From Anaeromyxobacter sp. (lineage in GTDB: Bacteria; Myxococcota; Myxococcia; Myxococcales; Anaeromyxobacteraceae): 64,000 bases of DNA. Where the stretch lies: the NCBI GenBank assembly GCA_049840735.1, contig JASGJN010000014.1, positions 160,001 to 224,000 on the forward strand, written 5' to 3'. Below the pieces are notes generated by a model. It had not been told where the DNA came from. It ran no database searches and saw only the letters and a program-made list of their open reading frames with translations. The position numbers and the translations under genes are program-made. The number at the start of each line of letters is the position of its first letter. Position 1 is the stretch's first letter. Shown piece by piece: positions 1 through 12,491 of the stretch.

Positions 1-3000
1 TGGTTGGCGCCGTCCAGCCGCAGGATGGCCTCGTTCTTCTCGATGGCCGGGCGCGGATCGGCGAGCTTCTCCTCGTGGATGGCCGCGCTGCGGGCCAGCA
101 CCCGGATCTTCTCGCGCGGATCCTCGGCCAGCGCGATCTGCCGCTCGTAGACGCGGTTCAGCTCGGCGAACCGGTCCAGCTTGGTGTAGAGCCGCTCCAG
201 GCCGGCCAGCGCCTCGGCCGAGCGGTCGTCCAGCCCCAGCACCGTCCGGTAGCCCTCGACCGCGGCCTCGTCGTCGCCGGTCTCCTCCTCGTGCACCGCC
301 GCGATCTGCAGCTGCCAGGCGATGCGGGCGTCCTCGCTGGGCGCCAGGTCGCGGGCGCGGGCCAGCACGCCCACCAGGTCGGCCCAGCGCCCCTCGCGCC
401 GGTAGAGGGCGGAGAGCCCCTCCAGCGCGGGCGCGTCGGCGCCGTCCAGCTCCAGCACCCGGCGCAGGGCGCCGATGGCCTCCTCCACGTCCTTGAGCTC
501 GCCGTCGTAGATGCGGCAGAGCTCCATCAGCGTGGCCTTCTTCTCCTCCAGCCCGGCCGCCGCCTCGAGCTTCTGCTCCAGCGTGATGGCCAGCTCGCGG
601 ATGCGGCCGCGCCGCTTGAACAGGCCGGTCAGCGCGTCCAGCGCCTCCGGGCTGGCCGGGTCGGCCTCCAGCGCCCGGCGGTAGGACGCCTCGGCCTCGT
701 CGGCGTCGTCCAGCCGCTCGTCCTTCAGCGTGCCGAGGTGGATGAGGAGGCGGGCGCGCACCATGCCCTTGGCGTCCTCGGCCACGCTCTCGAACACCGC
801 GGCCAGCTCGTCCCAGGCCTCGGTCTGGGCGGCGAGCCGCTCGCAGGCGGCCAGCACCTCGGCGTCGCCGGGGGCGACGGCCAGGGCGCGGCACCAGGCC
901 AGGAAGCTCATCTCCTTCTGGCCCAGCCGCTTCTCGTGGATCCCGGCGACCTCCTTGATCAGCGCCAGCCGCTCGGCCGGATCGGCCAGGTGCGGGGCGA
1001 ACAGGTCGCAGGTCCGCGCGAAGGCGCGCCAGTTGCCGGCCTCGGAGTGGACGGTCCGCAGCCCCTCGTAGGCGCTCCGGTTGGCCGGCTCCAGCTCCAG
1101 CACCTTCTCCAGCGCCGCGGCCGCCGCGTCCGGCCGCTTCTGCGCCCGCCACAGGTCGGCGATGGCCAGCCAGGCCGGGACCGCCTCGGCCGGCCCGCCC
1201 TGGGCCGCCAGCAGCGCGGCGCGGGCCTCGGCGGCGCGCACGCCCTCCGCCGCCGCGCCGGCCTGCCTGAAGATCTCCTCCACCCGGACCAGCTCGTCGA
1301 TCTGGTGCGGCTCGATGTCGAAGGCCAGCTTGGCCTGCTCCACCGCGTCGCGCTTCTGGCCGGCGCGCAGCAGCACCTCGGCCAGCTCCAGCCGGACCCG
1401 CTTCACGCCGGCGGCGTCGGCCTGCACCGGCACCAGCCGGCGGTAGATCGAGACCAGCCCGTCGTGGTCGCCCTGGGCCGCGTAGATGTCGCGCAGCTGC
1501 TCCAGCGCCCGCACGTTGCGCGGGTCGGAGTCGAGCACCGCCTTGTAGGAGGCCACGGCCTGGGCCGGGTCGCCCAGCCGCGTGGCCATCACCTGCCCCA
1601 GCTTGTCGTTGAGCCGGGCAATCTCGCGCCGGTCCACCGTGGCCTGGATGCGCACCCGCAGGTGCTGGGCCAGGTCCTGCCAGCGCTCCAGCCGGTCGTA
1701 GAGGTCCTCCAGCGCCGCCAGCGCCGCCTCGTGGCGCGGGCGGAGCGCGAGCAGCTCCTTCCAGAGCACCACCGCCTCGTCCGGCCGGCCCAGCTCGGCC
1801 GCCAGCGCGCCCATCCGCGCCAGCACGCGCTCGCGGCCGGCCGGCTCGGTGGTGGCGGCCCGCTGCATGGACAGGTTGCGGAGCAGGTCCTCGCGCCGCC
1901 CGGCGCCCTCGTAGAGCGCCTCCAGCGCGCGCAGCGCGCCCGCGTGGCGCGGGTCGGCCGCCACCGCCAGCTCGTAGGCCTCGGCGGCGCGGTCGGGCGA
2001 GGCCAGCCGCTCCTCGCAGAGCTGCCCCAGCCGGAACAGGAAGCCCACCTTGTCGGCGCCCTGGGCCGCGGAGGCCCGCGCCGAGAGCACGTCGGCCAGC
2101 TCCGGCCAGCTCTCCAGCTTGCCGTAGAGCCGCTCCAGGGCCGGCAGCGCGGCGGGCGCGGTGCCCGGGTCGAGCGCCAGCGCGCGGCGCAGGAAGGAGG
2201 CGGCCCGGGCCGGCTCGCCGGTCTTCTCCTCCAAGAGCCCGCCCAGCCGCAGCGCCACCTGCGCCGTGTCGGCCGGCGGCAGCCGGTCGATCTCGTCCTC
2301 CAGGATGGCGGCCAGCTCCTCCTCGTGGCCGCTCTGCACCGCCAGCTGGTCCAGGCGCGCCCGCACCCCGGCGTCCACCGGGTCCTCGCGGAAGGCCTTG
2401 CAGAGCGCCAGGAAGGCCAGCTCCGGCTCGCCCAGCGCCTTCTCGCGCAGGTCCGCCAGCGCCACGTAGAGCGCGCGCCGCTCGGCCGGATCCGGCCGCT
2501 CGCCGGCCCGCGTCTCCAGCACCGCGGCCTGCCGCTTCACGTCGCCCTGGGCGGCGTAGGCCCGCTCCAGAGCCAGGGCCGCGCGGGCGCTGGTCGGGTC
2601 GCGCTGCAGGAGCCCCTCCACCCGCGCGATGGCCTCGGGGTGGTCAGGGCGGGCGGCCAGCACCTGCTCGTAGAGCTCCAGCGCCCCCTCGCGGTCCAGC
2701 AGCCGCGCCTCGCGCAGCTCGGCCAACCGCTGGCGGAAGCCCAGCGCCGCGGCGGCGTCCTCGGCAGCGTCGGCCCCGGCAATCTCGCGGGCCAGCACCT
2801 CGCCCAGGTCCACCCAGCGCTCGGTCTTGACGCAGAGCCGGTCCAGCCGGGCCAGCGCCTCGCGGTCGTCCGGGGCCACCTCCAGCAGCTTGCGCGTGGC
2901 CTGGGCGGCGCCGGCGGGATCGCCCAGGCGCTCGTCCAGCACCGCCGCCAGCTCGCGCAGCAGGTGGGCGCGGCCGCCCGGCGACTCCTCCAGCGCCAGC

Positions 3001-6000
3001 GCCCGGCGCAGCGCCTGGGCGTGCGCCTCGGGGTCGGCGCCGCCCTTGAGCGCGTCGATGAGCCCGACCAGCGCCTCGCGATCGTCCGGGACCAGGTCCA
3101 GCAGCCGCTGCCAGGCCTCGGCCGCGCGGGCCGGCTCGCGCCGCGCCAGCCGGGCCAGGTGGCGCTGGTACTCGGCGCGCGCCGCCGGGGTCCGGGCGCG
3201 GTCGGCGTTCTCCGCCAGCACCGCCGCCAGCTCGTCGGTCAGCCCGGCCGCCTCGGCCAGGTGCACGCCCAGCTCGAGCGACTCGGGCGCGTCGGGGTCG
3301 GCGGCCAGCGCGCGGCTGGCGGCCAGGAAGGCCATGTCGGGGTTGCGCAGCGGGCGCGAGTAGACCTCGGCCACGCGGCGCAGCAGCCCGGCGCGGGCGG
3401 CCGGGTCGGTCTCGTTGGCGGCGCGCGCCTCCAGCGTCTCCACCAGCTTCTGGTGCTCGCCCTCGCGCGTGTAGATGGGCTCGAGCAGCAGCGCCGCCTC
3501 CAGCGCGGCCGGGCCGCTGCCCCGGGCCAGCTCCTCCAGCGCGGTCAGGGCCGCCGGGTGGCGGGGCACCTTCTCCAGCACGCCGCGGTAGAGCGCCAGC
3601 GCGCCGCCGGCGTCGGAGAGCCGCTGGTGGCGGATGCGCCCGAGGCGGTAGCGCAGCTCGGCCGCCTCGGCCACCAGGTTGGGCTGCCGGTCGGCCGCGT
3701 CCACCTGGCGGGCCAGCACGTCGCAGAGCTCGTCCCAGCGCTCGCCCGAGCCCAGGAGCTGCCCCAGGAGCCGCAGCGCCTGCGGGTCCTCCGGATCGAC
3801 GGAGAGGATCTTGCGGTACGCCTGGGCGGCGCCGTCGCGGTCGGAGAGCTGTTCGGCCATGATCTTCGCCACCTCGAGCAGGAGTTCCTTGCGGGCCGCG
3901 GGCGCGGGGGCCACGACGGCGAGCCGGTCCAGCGTGGCCGCCAGCTCGCGGGCGGCGCCCAGCCGCCGGTAGACCCGGGCCAGCGCGCCCAGCGCCTCCG
4001 GGGAGGGCGCCGCGGCGACGACCTCCTCGTACCAGCGCGCGGCCAGGTCGGGTCGCCCCAGCCGCTCGGCGTGGATGACGGCGAGGCGGCGCCGCAGCTC
4101 CAGCGCCACCGGGGCGGGCAGCGGCCCCTCCAGCGCGTCCTGGAAGGCGCCCACCACCTCGTCCCACAGGTTGGCCGCCCCGGCCAGCCGCTCCAGGTCG
4201 GCGCGGGCGCCGGGGGCGTCCAGCCCGCGCTTCACCGCCTCGCCCAGCTCGCGCAGCCGGGCCCGGAAGGCGCGCGGCAGGTCGCCCAGCCGCTCGTGCA
4301 GCGCCGCCAGCTCGGCCAGCAGCGGGCTGCGCTCGGCGTCGTCGGCGGAGGAGAGCCGCACCTCCAGCAGGTCGGCCAGCCCGCGGGCGTCGCCGGAGGC
4401 CCGCAGCACGTCCTCCAGCACGCGGGCCGCCAGCTCGCGCGCGTCGGGCCGGTCCAGCAGCCGCTGCAGCCCGGCCACCGCGCCGGGCTCGCGCGGCGCC
4501 TCGGCCAGCACCTCGGCGTAGGCATCCACCGGCGCGCGCGGCGCCGGGTCGGCCTCCAGCAGCGCGGCGCGGCGCAGCAGGACCTCGGTCCGGCGCGCCG
4601 GCTCGGGGCGCAGCGCCGCCGCCAGCGCGGAGAGCACGTCCAGCCGCTCCGGGCCGGGCGCCTCGCGGGCCAGGATCCGCTCCAGCCCCTCCAGCGCCTC
4701 CAGCCGCCCCGGCTCCTCGACCCGCGCGGCGCGGTAGGCCTCGGCGGCGGCGGCCGGATCGCCCAGCCCCTCGGCCAGCTCGGCCGCGCGGAGCAGGTGC
4801 GCCACGCGGGCCTCGCCCTCGGCCAGCGCGGCGCGGCGGCGGGCCACCGCCACCAGCTCGCCCACCGAGCGGGCCGCGGCGTGGAGCGCCTCCAGGGCCT
4901 CCAGCGCCTCGGTGTCCTCCGGCGCCGCGGCCAGCACCGCCTGCCAGGCCTCCACCGCGGCCGGGCCGGTGCGCAGCCGCGCCGCGGTCCGGCGCAGCGC
5001 CAGCGCCTCCTCCGGCTCGGCGCCGGCGGCGGCCTGCTCGTAGACGCCGGGCAGCTCCTCCTCGTTCTCGCTCAGGCGGGCCAGCCGGACCAGGTCGTCG
5101 GCGGCGCCGGCGCGGGCCGGCCCGCCCTCGGCGAAGGCGCGGCAGGCGGCCAGGAAGGCCAGCGACGGCTCCTTCAGCTCGGCCTCGAGGAGCGTGCGCG
5201 CCTCGGCGTGCAGCCGGGCCCGCTCCACCGGATCCTCCAGCGCCGCCAGGCGCGCCTCGCGGGCGGCCACCCGGCGCGCGTGGGCGCCGGTGGTGCGCAG
5301 CGCCGCGTCGGCGGCCTCCAGCGCCTCGCGCCCCACCGGGCCGGGCGTGGCCGCCAGGGCCACCAGCGCCTCCAGCGAGGCCTCGCGGCGCGGGTCGCGC
5401 CGCACCAGCTCGGCGTGCAGCGGCAGCGCGCCGGCCGGGTCGGCCAGGCGCGTCCGGCGCAGCTCGGCCAGCCGCGCCGCCACCTCCGGGTCGAAGGCCC
5501 GCGCCAGGCGCGCCTCCAGCCCGGCCGCCAGCGCCTCCGGGCGGTCCAGCCGCTCGTAGAGCCGCTCCAGGGCCGCCGCCGCCTCGCCGTCCTGCGGGGC
5601 CGAGGCGCGCACGGCCTCCCAGGCCGCCGCGGCGCGGGCCGGATCGCCCAGCCGGGCCTCGGCCACCGCCGCCTCCTCGCGCAGCGCGTCCTCGCGCCCG
5701 GCGGCGGAGGGGGCGCGCCGCGCCAGCTCGGCGCAGAATCCCGGCCAGCTCGCCCCAGCGCTCGCGCGCGCGGTGCAGGCGGCGCAGCGCCGCCAGCGCG
5801 TCGGCGTCGCCGGGGGCCATCTGCAGCACCCGCGCCCAGGCCTCGGCGGCGCGGTCGCGATCCAGCCGCCGCTCCACCAGCTCGGCCCGCTCGCGGGCGA
5901 TGGGGAGCCGGTGCTCCGGGAGCGCCTTCTCCAGCAGCTCGTCGTGGACCCGGGCGCACGCCTCCCACTCCTGCGTCTCGCCGGCCAGCCGGCGCAGGTC

Positions 6001-9000
6001 GGCCCGCAGGCCGGCGTCGGCCGGCAGCTCGCGGGCGGCCTCCGCCACCGCGGCGAAGGCCAGCGCGCGCTGCCCCAGCTCCTCCTCGCAGAATCCGCGC
6101 CGCCGACCGGCGCGCCGCGGCGCGCGAGGGCGCGTCGGCCGCCAGCCGGGCCTCGGTCTCCAGCGCCCGCAGCCGCCGGCGCGGGTCGGGGTGGCGCGCC
6201 AGCGCGGCCGCCGCGGCCCGGGCCCCGTCCTCGTCGGCGCCGCCCAGCTGCTCCTCCAGGCCGGACAGCGCGGCCGGATCGTCCGGGCGGGCCGCCAGCG
6301 CGGCCGCCAGCCGCTCCACCGCGGCGGCCCCCTGCCCCAGGCTGGCGCGCACCCGCGCGCTCTCCACCGCCGCCCGGGCCACCTCGGCCGCGTCGCCGCC
6401 GGCCGCGGCCCGCTCGGCCAGGACGTCGGCGCGGCCGGCCAGGTCGCCCGCGGCGCCCAGCGCGTCGGCCAGGCCGGCCAGGAGCCGCGGGCGCGCCTCG
6501 GCCGCGGCGCAGGCCAGCGCCTCGCGGTAGAGCGCGGCGGCGGCGGCCGGGTCCTGCCGCCGCTCCTGCAGCACCTCGGCGCGCTGGGCCAGCAGCATGG
6601 CCCGCTCGGCGCCCTCGGCGCGGCCGGCGCGCTCGGCCAGGAGCCGGTCGGCCTCCTCCCAGCGCCCGGCGGCCATGGCCACGCGGGTCAGCGCCGGCAG
6701 CGCCGCCGCGTCGCCGGGGCGGAGCGCCAGCACGCGCGCCAGCTGCGTGGCCGCGTCCTCGAACGCGCCCAGGTCCTCCTCGGCCACGGCGGCCGCGCGC
6801 AGGCGCAGCGCCGCCTCGTCCTCCGGGCGGCCGGCGAGCTGCGCCGAGGCGGCCACCAGCACCGCGAACAGCTCCCGCAGCGCCCCCACCTGGCGGGCCA
6901 GCGCCTCGCAGCGGGCCCGCGCCTCGGCGTGGTCCGGGCAGGCGCGCAGCGCCGCGACGGCGGCGGAGAGCGCGCCGCGGGCGTCGCCCAGCTTGTCGGC
7001 CCGGAGCGCGGCCGCGTCCAGCAGGTGGCGCGCGCGCTCGGTGGGCGCGGTGCCCTGCGGCAGCCGCTCGGCCCAGAGCTCCAGCATGGCCGCCTGCCGG
7101 GCGTGATCGCCGGCCGCGGCGTGCAGCGGCGCCAGCGCCTGCGGGATGCGCAGCGGCTCGACCCCGCGGGCCAGCAGCCGCTCCAGCAGCGCCACCGCGC
7201 CGCCGCGGGCCGCGGCGGGCAGGCCCGGCGCCTGGAGCAGCCCCAGCGCCACCCCGGCCGCCTCGGCCAGCCGCCCCAGCGGCTCGGCCAGCAGCTCGGC
7301 CCGGGCCTGGGCCAGCTCGGCCCGCTCGGCCGGCGTCTGCACGCGCTCCACCAGCCTGGCCAGCGCGGACACGCGCTCCTCGGCGCTGCGGGGGCCGGGC
7401 AGGTCCTCCAGCGCGGCCAGCAGCCCGCGCAGCCCCTCCTCGTCGTCGGGGCGGCCCACCAGGAGCCCGCGCCAGACCGCGGCGGCCCGCTCCGGCTCGC
7501 CGGCCTCGGCCCAGTGGCGGGCCAGCTTCACCGAGAGCGCGTACCGCTCCTCGCCCGAGGCGCGCGACCGCCGCTCCTCCAGCGTGCGGGCCAGCTCCTC
7601 CACCTGGCCGGCGCGGGCCAGGCAGGCCTCCAGCGCGCCGGCGGCGCCGCGGTCCTCCGGGTCCAGCTCGCAGAGGCTCCGCCAGGCGCGGACCGCCTCC
7701 TCCGGCTGCGCCAGGTCGCGGTCCAGCACCTCGGCCAGCCGGCGCAGCAGCGTCTTGCGGGCCTTGAGGTCGGCCCCGGCGGACTGGGCCGCGGCGCGGT
7801 AGACGCGGGCCAGCTCGGCCCAGGCGTCGGCGCGGGCGGCGGCGCCCTCCATGGCCTTGCGGACCGCGGCGCGGCCCGGGTCGAGCTGCAGCGCGCGCCC
7901 CAGGGTGCGCAGCGCGTCGCGCGGCCGGTCCAGCCGCTCCTGCTGCACCTCGGCCAGCCGCTCCAGCAGCTTGACCCGCTCCCCCGGATCGCGCTCCCAG
8001 CGGGCGGTCAGCTCCAGCACCTCGGCCAGCCGCGGCCACTCGCCGGCGTCGGCCAGGATGGCGGCCAGCGCCTGCGCGGCCGCGCCGTGGCTGGGGTCGA
8101 TGCGCAGCGCCGCCTCGAGGTGGCGGCGCGCGCGGGCCGGGTCGGCCAGCCGGTCGCGGGCCAGCGCCGCGGCGCGGGTGCGGAGCGGCGCGTGGGCCGG
8201 CTTGGCCGGCGCAGCGGCCAGGTGGCGCTCCAGCGCGGCCAGCGCCTCGGCGAAGCGGCCGGCGTCCACCTCCAGCTCGAACACCTGCAGCGCGGCGGTC
8301 TCGCTGGCCGGGTCCAGCTCCAGCGCACGGCGCAGCGCGCCCACGGCGCTCTCGACGTCGCCGAAGCGGACCAGGTCCACCCGCGCCATCTCCAGGTGCA
8401 GCGTCAGCAGCGCGGCGCGGTCGCGGGTGGTGGCGGCCAGCCGGGCCAGCGCGTCGGCGTGGCCGCGGTGGTCGGCCCGCTCGGCGAAGAGCCGCTCCAG
8501 CAGCGCCAGCGCGCCGGCGCTCCCCGGGTGCAGCGCCCAGGCGCGCTCCACCCGCTCCAGCGCCCGCGCGGCGCCGTCGGGATCGTAGGCGGCGTGGACC
8601 TGCGCCAGCCGCAGCTGCACGCGGGCCGCCTCGCGCCGGTCCGGCGCCGCGGCGGCGGCCGCCTCCAGCCGGGCCGCCTCCTCGCGCCAGGCGCGGGGGT
8701 AGGCCTTGAGCCGCTCGCGGGCCTCCTGCGCGCCCGGGGCGGCGCGGTCGAGCGTGAGCGCCTCGATGAGCGCGTCCATGGCCGGCCCGTGCTCGAGCGG
8801 CTCGTCCACCAGCGTCGCGCCCAGCGCGGCGTACTCGGCCGCCAGCGCCTTCGGCTCGGCCCCGGCGTCGCGGGCGCCGTCGAGCAGCCGGCGGGCCTGG
8901 CCGTAGCGGCGCAGCGCCGTGAAGCAGGCCAGGGCGCGCGTGCGCGCCTCGTCCAGCGCCGGGTCGAGGCGGAGCGCGCGGGCGTAGAGCAGGGCCGCGC

Positions 9001-9448
9001 GATCGCGCCGGGCCAGCCGCTCCTCCTGCAGCCGCCCCAGCCGCAGCGTCACCGCCGCCGCGGCGCGCGCGTCGGGCGCGTGGATGGCCTGCGCCTCCAG
9101 CGCGGCCGCCAGCGCCGCCCAGTCGCCCTTCTCCTCCAGCAGCGCCGCCAGCGACTGGAGCGCGGCGGCGTTGGCCGGATCCGCCTGCAGCAGCTGGCGG
9201 TAGAGCTCCTCGGCGCGCGCCACGTTGCGCAGCTGCGCGTGGGCCAGCCGCGCCGCCTCGGCCAGGAGCGGCGCGCCCGGCGCAGCCGCCAGCCGCGCGC
9301 GCCCCTCGTAGAGCGCGATCAGCTCCTCCCAGCGCGAGTCGGTGCGGTACAGCCCGACGAGGGCGTCGAACGCCTGCACGTCGCCGGGAGCTGCCTCGAG
9401 GGTGTCGAGGTGCTGGCGGATCTGCTCGTCCAGAGAGGGAGCGGTCAA
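1..9448 (-). CDS. gltI: Giant TPR-repeat gliding motility protein (AgmK/GltI-like); runs off the left edge; two apparent +1 frameshifts (5736-5740, 6091-6095)
   Basis: TTG start at 9448 (MTAPSLDEQIRQHL...). More than 3100 aa of helical TPR-like repeats once GAATC is read as GATC at both sites (RSAARICEEEL, ELAGICAELARRA). The frame then stays open to position 1. Lies downstream of gltH, as in the Myxococcus glt cluster. Confidence 0.8.
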
Positions 9449-9503
9449 GTTCGGTTCGCGGGGTCGCGGGGACAGGTCCGGCGCGCTGCCACCAGACCAC
9501 GGG

Positions 9504-9533
9504 AGTATAGGTCCCGATCCGCCGGGGGGTCAA
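9504..9533 (-). promoter_or_regulatory. sigma70-like promoter for gltI
   Basis: Minus strand TTGACC-N18-TATACT, about 55 nt upstream of the start codon. Confidence 0.6.
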
Positions 9534-9626
9534 TCTTGCGACCGGCCAAATTCCGAGCCCTTACGGGCGTTTGAAGGGACCGGCGGGAGCCGCGGACCCG
9601 CGCGGCGCAACCCGGGGGAGAGTGAC

Positions 9627-9761
9627 TGCGAGTGTAGGGAAAGGACCTCAGGCCCCAGGCTTCTGGCCTCGGGGGTGCGTGGCCGGGCGGATCGGGGCAG
9701 GAAGCCCCGGGAAACCCGGTCCACGGGTAGCCGAGGCGACCGAAAGAGCCCTGCAAACGCA
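9627..9761 (+). ncRNA. Candidate structured non-coding RNA (unassigned)
   Basis: Nested complementary segments: 9627-9639/9749-9761, 9646-9653/9730-9736, 9678-9687/9715-9725 and hairpin 9694-9708. Purine-rich loops. No credible ORF. Confidence 0.35.
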
Positions 9762-9851
9762 AGAAGCAGGAGCGGCGGCGCCCGCGAGCCGTCGCCCGCC
9801 AGCACCGCCGCCTTCCTGAGGCATGAAGCCTGACGCCTCGAGCCCTCCGCC

Positions 9852-10478
9852 TCAGAACGTGTAGCGAACGGTCGGATATACCGAGAACCCGTTCGCGCCG
9901 GCGGTGAGCGCCCGGACGTAGTCGGCGGCCAGGCCGACCGAGAAGTGGCGCAGCTTGGTGTAGTACTCGATGCCCGGCCCGCCCTGGACCACGATGTCGT
10001 TGGTCCCGAAGAGCCCCTCGGGATAGGTCAGCGCGTAGCCGCCCCGGGCGTGCAGGTAGAAGAAGAACCGCTCCCAGTCGTTCCGGTCGCGCGCCCCGAA
10101 CAGCGCCACCCGCGCGTCCAGGCCGAAGCTGTAGAGGCTGAACGCGCCGTAGTCGGCGCTGGCGTGGGCGTTGCCGCCCTGGGCGAACAGGGCCAGCGAG
10201 ACCCGCGAGCCCAGGTCGCGGCCGAACTGGGCGCCCACCACCATGCCGTTGGCCGGCCCGCCGCTCTCGCCGGCGTAGGGGAAGCTGGCGGGATCGTCGG
10301 TGGGCGTGTCGAGCAGGTGCAGGTACCCGGCCTCGAAGCCGAGGAACCAGCCGCGCTCCACGTCGTTGAAGCGGGCGACGCGCGGGTCCTCCTGCAGCTG
10401 GGGCGCCGCGTCCTGGGCGGCGGCGAGGGCCGGCAGGAGCAGCGCGGCGGCGAAGGCGAGCTTGGACGAGCGGTTCAC
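9852..10478 (-). CDS. gltH: Outer-membrane beta-barrel gliding protein GltH/CglE
   Basis: Signal peptide, amphipathic beta strands, C-terminal YTF; directly downstream of gltG. Confidence 0.75.
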   Translation of the reverse strand: MNRSSKLAFAAALLLPALAAAQDAAPQLQEDPRVARFNDVERGWFLGFEAGYLHLLDTPTDDPASFPYAGESGGPANGMVVGAQFGRDLGSRVSLALFAQGGNAHASADYGAFSLYSFGLDARVALFGARDRNDWERFFFYLHARGGYALTYPEGLFGTNDIVVQGGPGIEYYTKLRHFSVGLAADYVRALTAGANGFSVYPTVRYTF

Positions 10479-10487
10479 GGTGCGCCT

Positions 10488-12473
10488 CTACTCGCCCCCC
10501 GCCCCGGAGGAGCGGAGGATCCAGGGGTAGGTGATCACGGCGATGCCGCCGCCCTTCGGCTTGGGGAACTGCCAGCTGACGATGCGGCTCATCATGCACT
10601 CGTGGACCTTGGCGTCCTCGAGCGTGGTGGCGCTGCCGTCCACCTGCGGGCTGGAGGCAGAGCCGTCGGCGTTGATGACCCACTTGATCGAGACCTTGCC
10701 CTGCAGCCGCGGGTTCAGGGCCAGCTGGTTCTCGTAGCAGTAGCGGATCTGCGCGGCGTGATCCTGGATCACCTTGCGGATGAGCTCCTTGTCGATCGGA
10801 CCATCACCACCGCGTTGCCGGTCGAGACGTTGACGTCGCGGTCGGACTTCTTGCCCAGGCCGCCCACGCCGGTGCCGTAGGTGCCCTGCCCGCCGCCGCG
10901 GCCGTGCGTGCCCACCGCGCCGATGCCGATGGTCTCGCCGGAGCCGCCGCCGCCCGAGCCGGAGCCGCGCATGCCCAGGCCGCCCAGGCCCTGGCTGTCG
11001 CCCACCGCCGGGCCGAACATGTTGCCGACGGCGCCGTGCAGGTCGCCGCCCAGGCCGCCCTGGCCGAAGACGGTGGAGAGCCCGCCGCCGCCGCGGCCGA
11101 TGGCGCCCACCAGGCCGGTGTTCTTCACCACGTCCTTGGCGCTCGGGTCGATGGCCTTGGGGGCGGAGCGGTTGCCGGTCTTGGGCGCGTCCTTCTTGCC
11201 CATCTGGCCTTCCTCGCCCTTGTGCTTCTCGGCGGCCTCGCCCGGATCGTCCTTCTTGTCGCCCTTGGAGAGGTCCTTCTGCACCGGCTTGGGCGGCTCG
11301 GTCTGGAACTGCACCCGGTACTCGCCCAGCGTGCGGGTCAGGTCGTCGGCCCGCGTGTCGGGGATGTCGCCGGAGAGCTGCGCGCCCACCAGGAAGAAGA
11401 GCGCCAGGAAGGCGATCAGGATGGCCAGGTTGAGGAACCGGTACTCGATCCGCTCCCACCACGGCGCGGAGTGGATCTTCTCCGGCTGCTTGGGGCGGGC
11501 CTCGATGGCCAGCTGCGCGCCGATCTCGGCGCGCACGGCGCCGGCGCGCGGGACCGGGATCCAGAACGCGCCCGGCAGCTTCTCGTCCACCGCCGCCTTG
11601 CGGCTGCGGACCAGGTCGCCGAAGGCGGTGCGGGCGCCGCGCTCGTCCAGCACGCCGGTCATGCCCTGCCCGAAGGCGAACTGGTAGTCGCCGCCGGCCC
11701 AGCGGAGCATGGGGAACTGCTCCTGCGGCATGCCCTCGACCTGCAGGCCGACGCCGGCGCCGGACCCCACCAGCACCGGCGCCGGGGGGCGGACGAAGGT
11801 GGCGGCCTCCAGCAGCGTGTCGCCCCACAGCAGGCGCAGCTCCACGCCCAGGTCGGCGGCGGCGGTCAGAATCCTCGACGGTGCGCTCGGCGCGCGGCAG
11901 GCGGCGCGCGGCGCGGCGGGCCACGGCGCGGGGTGCGGCCTTGGCGGCGCGCGGGGCGGCAGGCGCAGCGGGGGCCGGAGCGGCGGCCGGCGCCGGGGTG
12001 GCCGCGCGCGGGGCCGGGGCGGCGGGGGCCACGGAGGCCGGGGCGGCGGCGGGCGCAGCGACCGGCGCCGGGTGGGCGTGGCCGTTGCCGTTCACCTTGG
12101 CCGGCCGCGGCGCGATCTCGGGGACGGCGACGGCGCGGTTGACCGGCTCGCCGGCCGGCGCCACCACGTTCTCGGGCCCCTCCAGCACCAGGCGCAGCCC
12201 GCCCAGCGTGATCTGGTCGCCGGGGCGGAGCGGCCCGCGGCTGACCTTCTTGCCGTTGACGAACGTGCCCTCCTTGCTCGCCATGTCGATGATCGAGATG
12301 GCGCCGTCGGGCGAGACCTCGATGACCGAGTGGAGGCGGGAGATCCGCTCGTCGTCCAGCACCAGGTGGGCCGCGGAGGCGAGGCGGCCGATCTTGATGA
12401 TGTCGCGGGTGAACTGCTCCGTCCGGAGCAGCTCGGTGCCGCGGAAGACCTTGAGGGTGATCGGCGTGGGCAT
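10488..12473 (-). CDS. gltG: GltG/PglI: N-terminal FHA domain, TM helix, Gly-rich linker, TonB-C-like domain; two apparent frameshifts (~11870, ~10800)
   Basis: FHA (IKIGRLASAAHLVLDDERISRLH), middle segment in ORF 10769..11845, C-terminal IDKELIRKVIQ...IRYCYE...FPKPKGGGIAVITYPW. Confidence 0.85.
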   Translation of the reverse strand: MPTPITLKVFRGTELLRTEQFTRDIIKIGRLASAAHLVLDDERISRLHSVIEVSPDGAISIIDMASKEGTFVNGKKVSRGPLRPGDQITLGGLRLVLEGPENVVAPAGEPVNRAVAVPEIAPRPAKVNGNGHAHPAPVAAPAAAPASVAPAAPAPRAATPAPAAAPAPAAPAAPRAAKAAPRAVARRAARRLPRAERTVEDSDRRRRPGRGAAPAVGRHAAGGRHLRPPPGAGAGGVRRRRRPAGRGHAAGAVPHAPLGRRRLPVRLRAGHDRRAGRARRPHRLRRPGPQPQGGGGREAAGRVLDPGPARRRRARRDRRAAGHRGPPQAAGEDPLRAVVGADRVPVPQPGHPDRLPGALLPGGRAALRRHPRHAGRRPDPHAGRVPGAVPDRAAQAGAEGPLQGRQEGRSGRGRREAQGRGRPDGQEGRAQDRQPLRPQGHRPERQGRGEEHRPGGRHRPRRRRALHRLRPGRPGRRPARRRRQHVRPGGGRQPGPGRPGHARLRLGRRRLRRDHRHRRGGHARPRRRAGHLRHRRGRPGQEVRPRRQRLDRQRGGDGPIDKELIRKVIQDHAAQIRYCYENQLALNPRLQGKVSIKWVINADGSASSPQVDGSATTLEDAKVHECMMSRIVSWQFPKPKGGGIAVITYPWILRSSGAGGE

Positions 12474-12491
12474 GGCTCTTTCGCGCGGGGC

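Noticed and set aside
75..9574. Very long + strand ORFs (2151 aa, 1224 aa) and many similar ORFs across the window
   Set aside because: Antisense or off-frame shadows of real genes in very high-GC DNA; low-complexity R/G/A/P translations with no recognisable motifs
9690..9745. c-di-GMP-I riboswitch or SRP RNA
   Set aside because: GGAAGC, GAAA and GGTAGC fragments are present, but the GGCAAAC...GCAAAGC and CAGGTCCGGAAGGAAGCAG signatures are not
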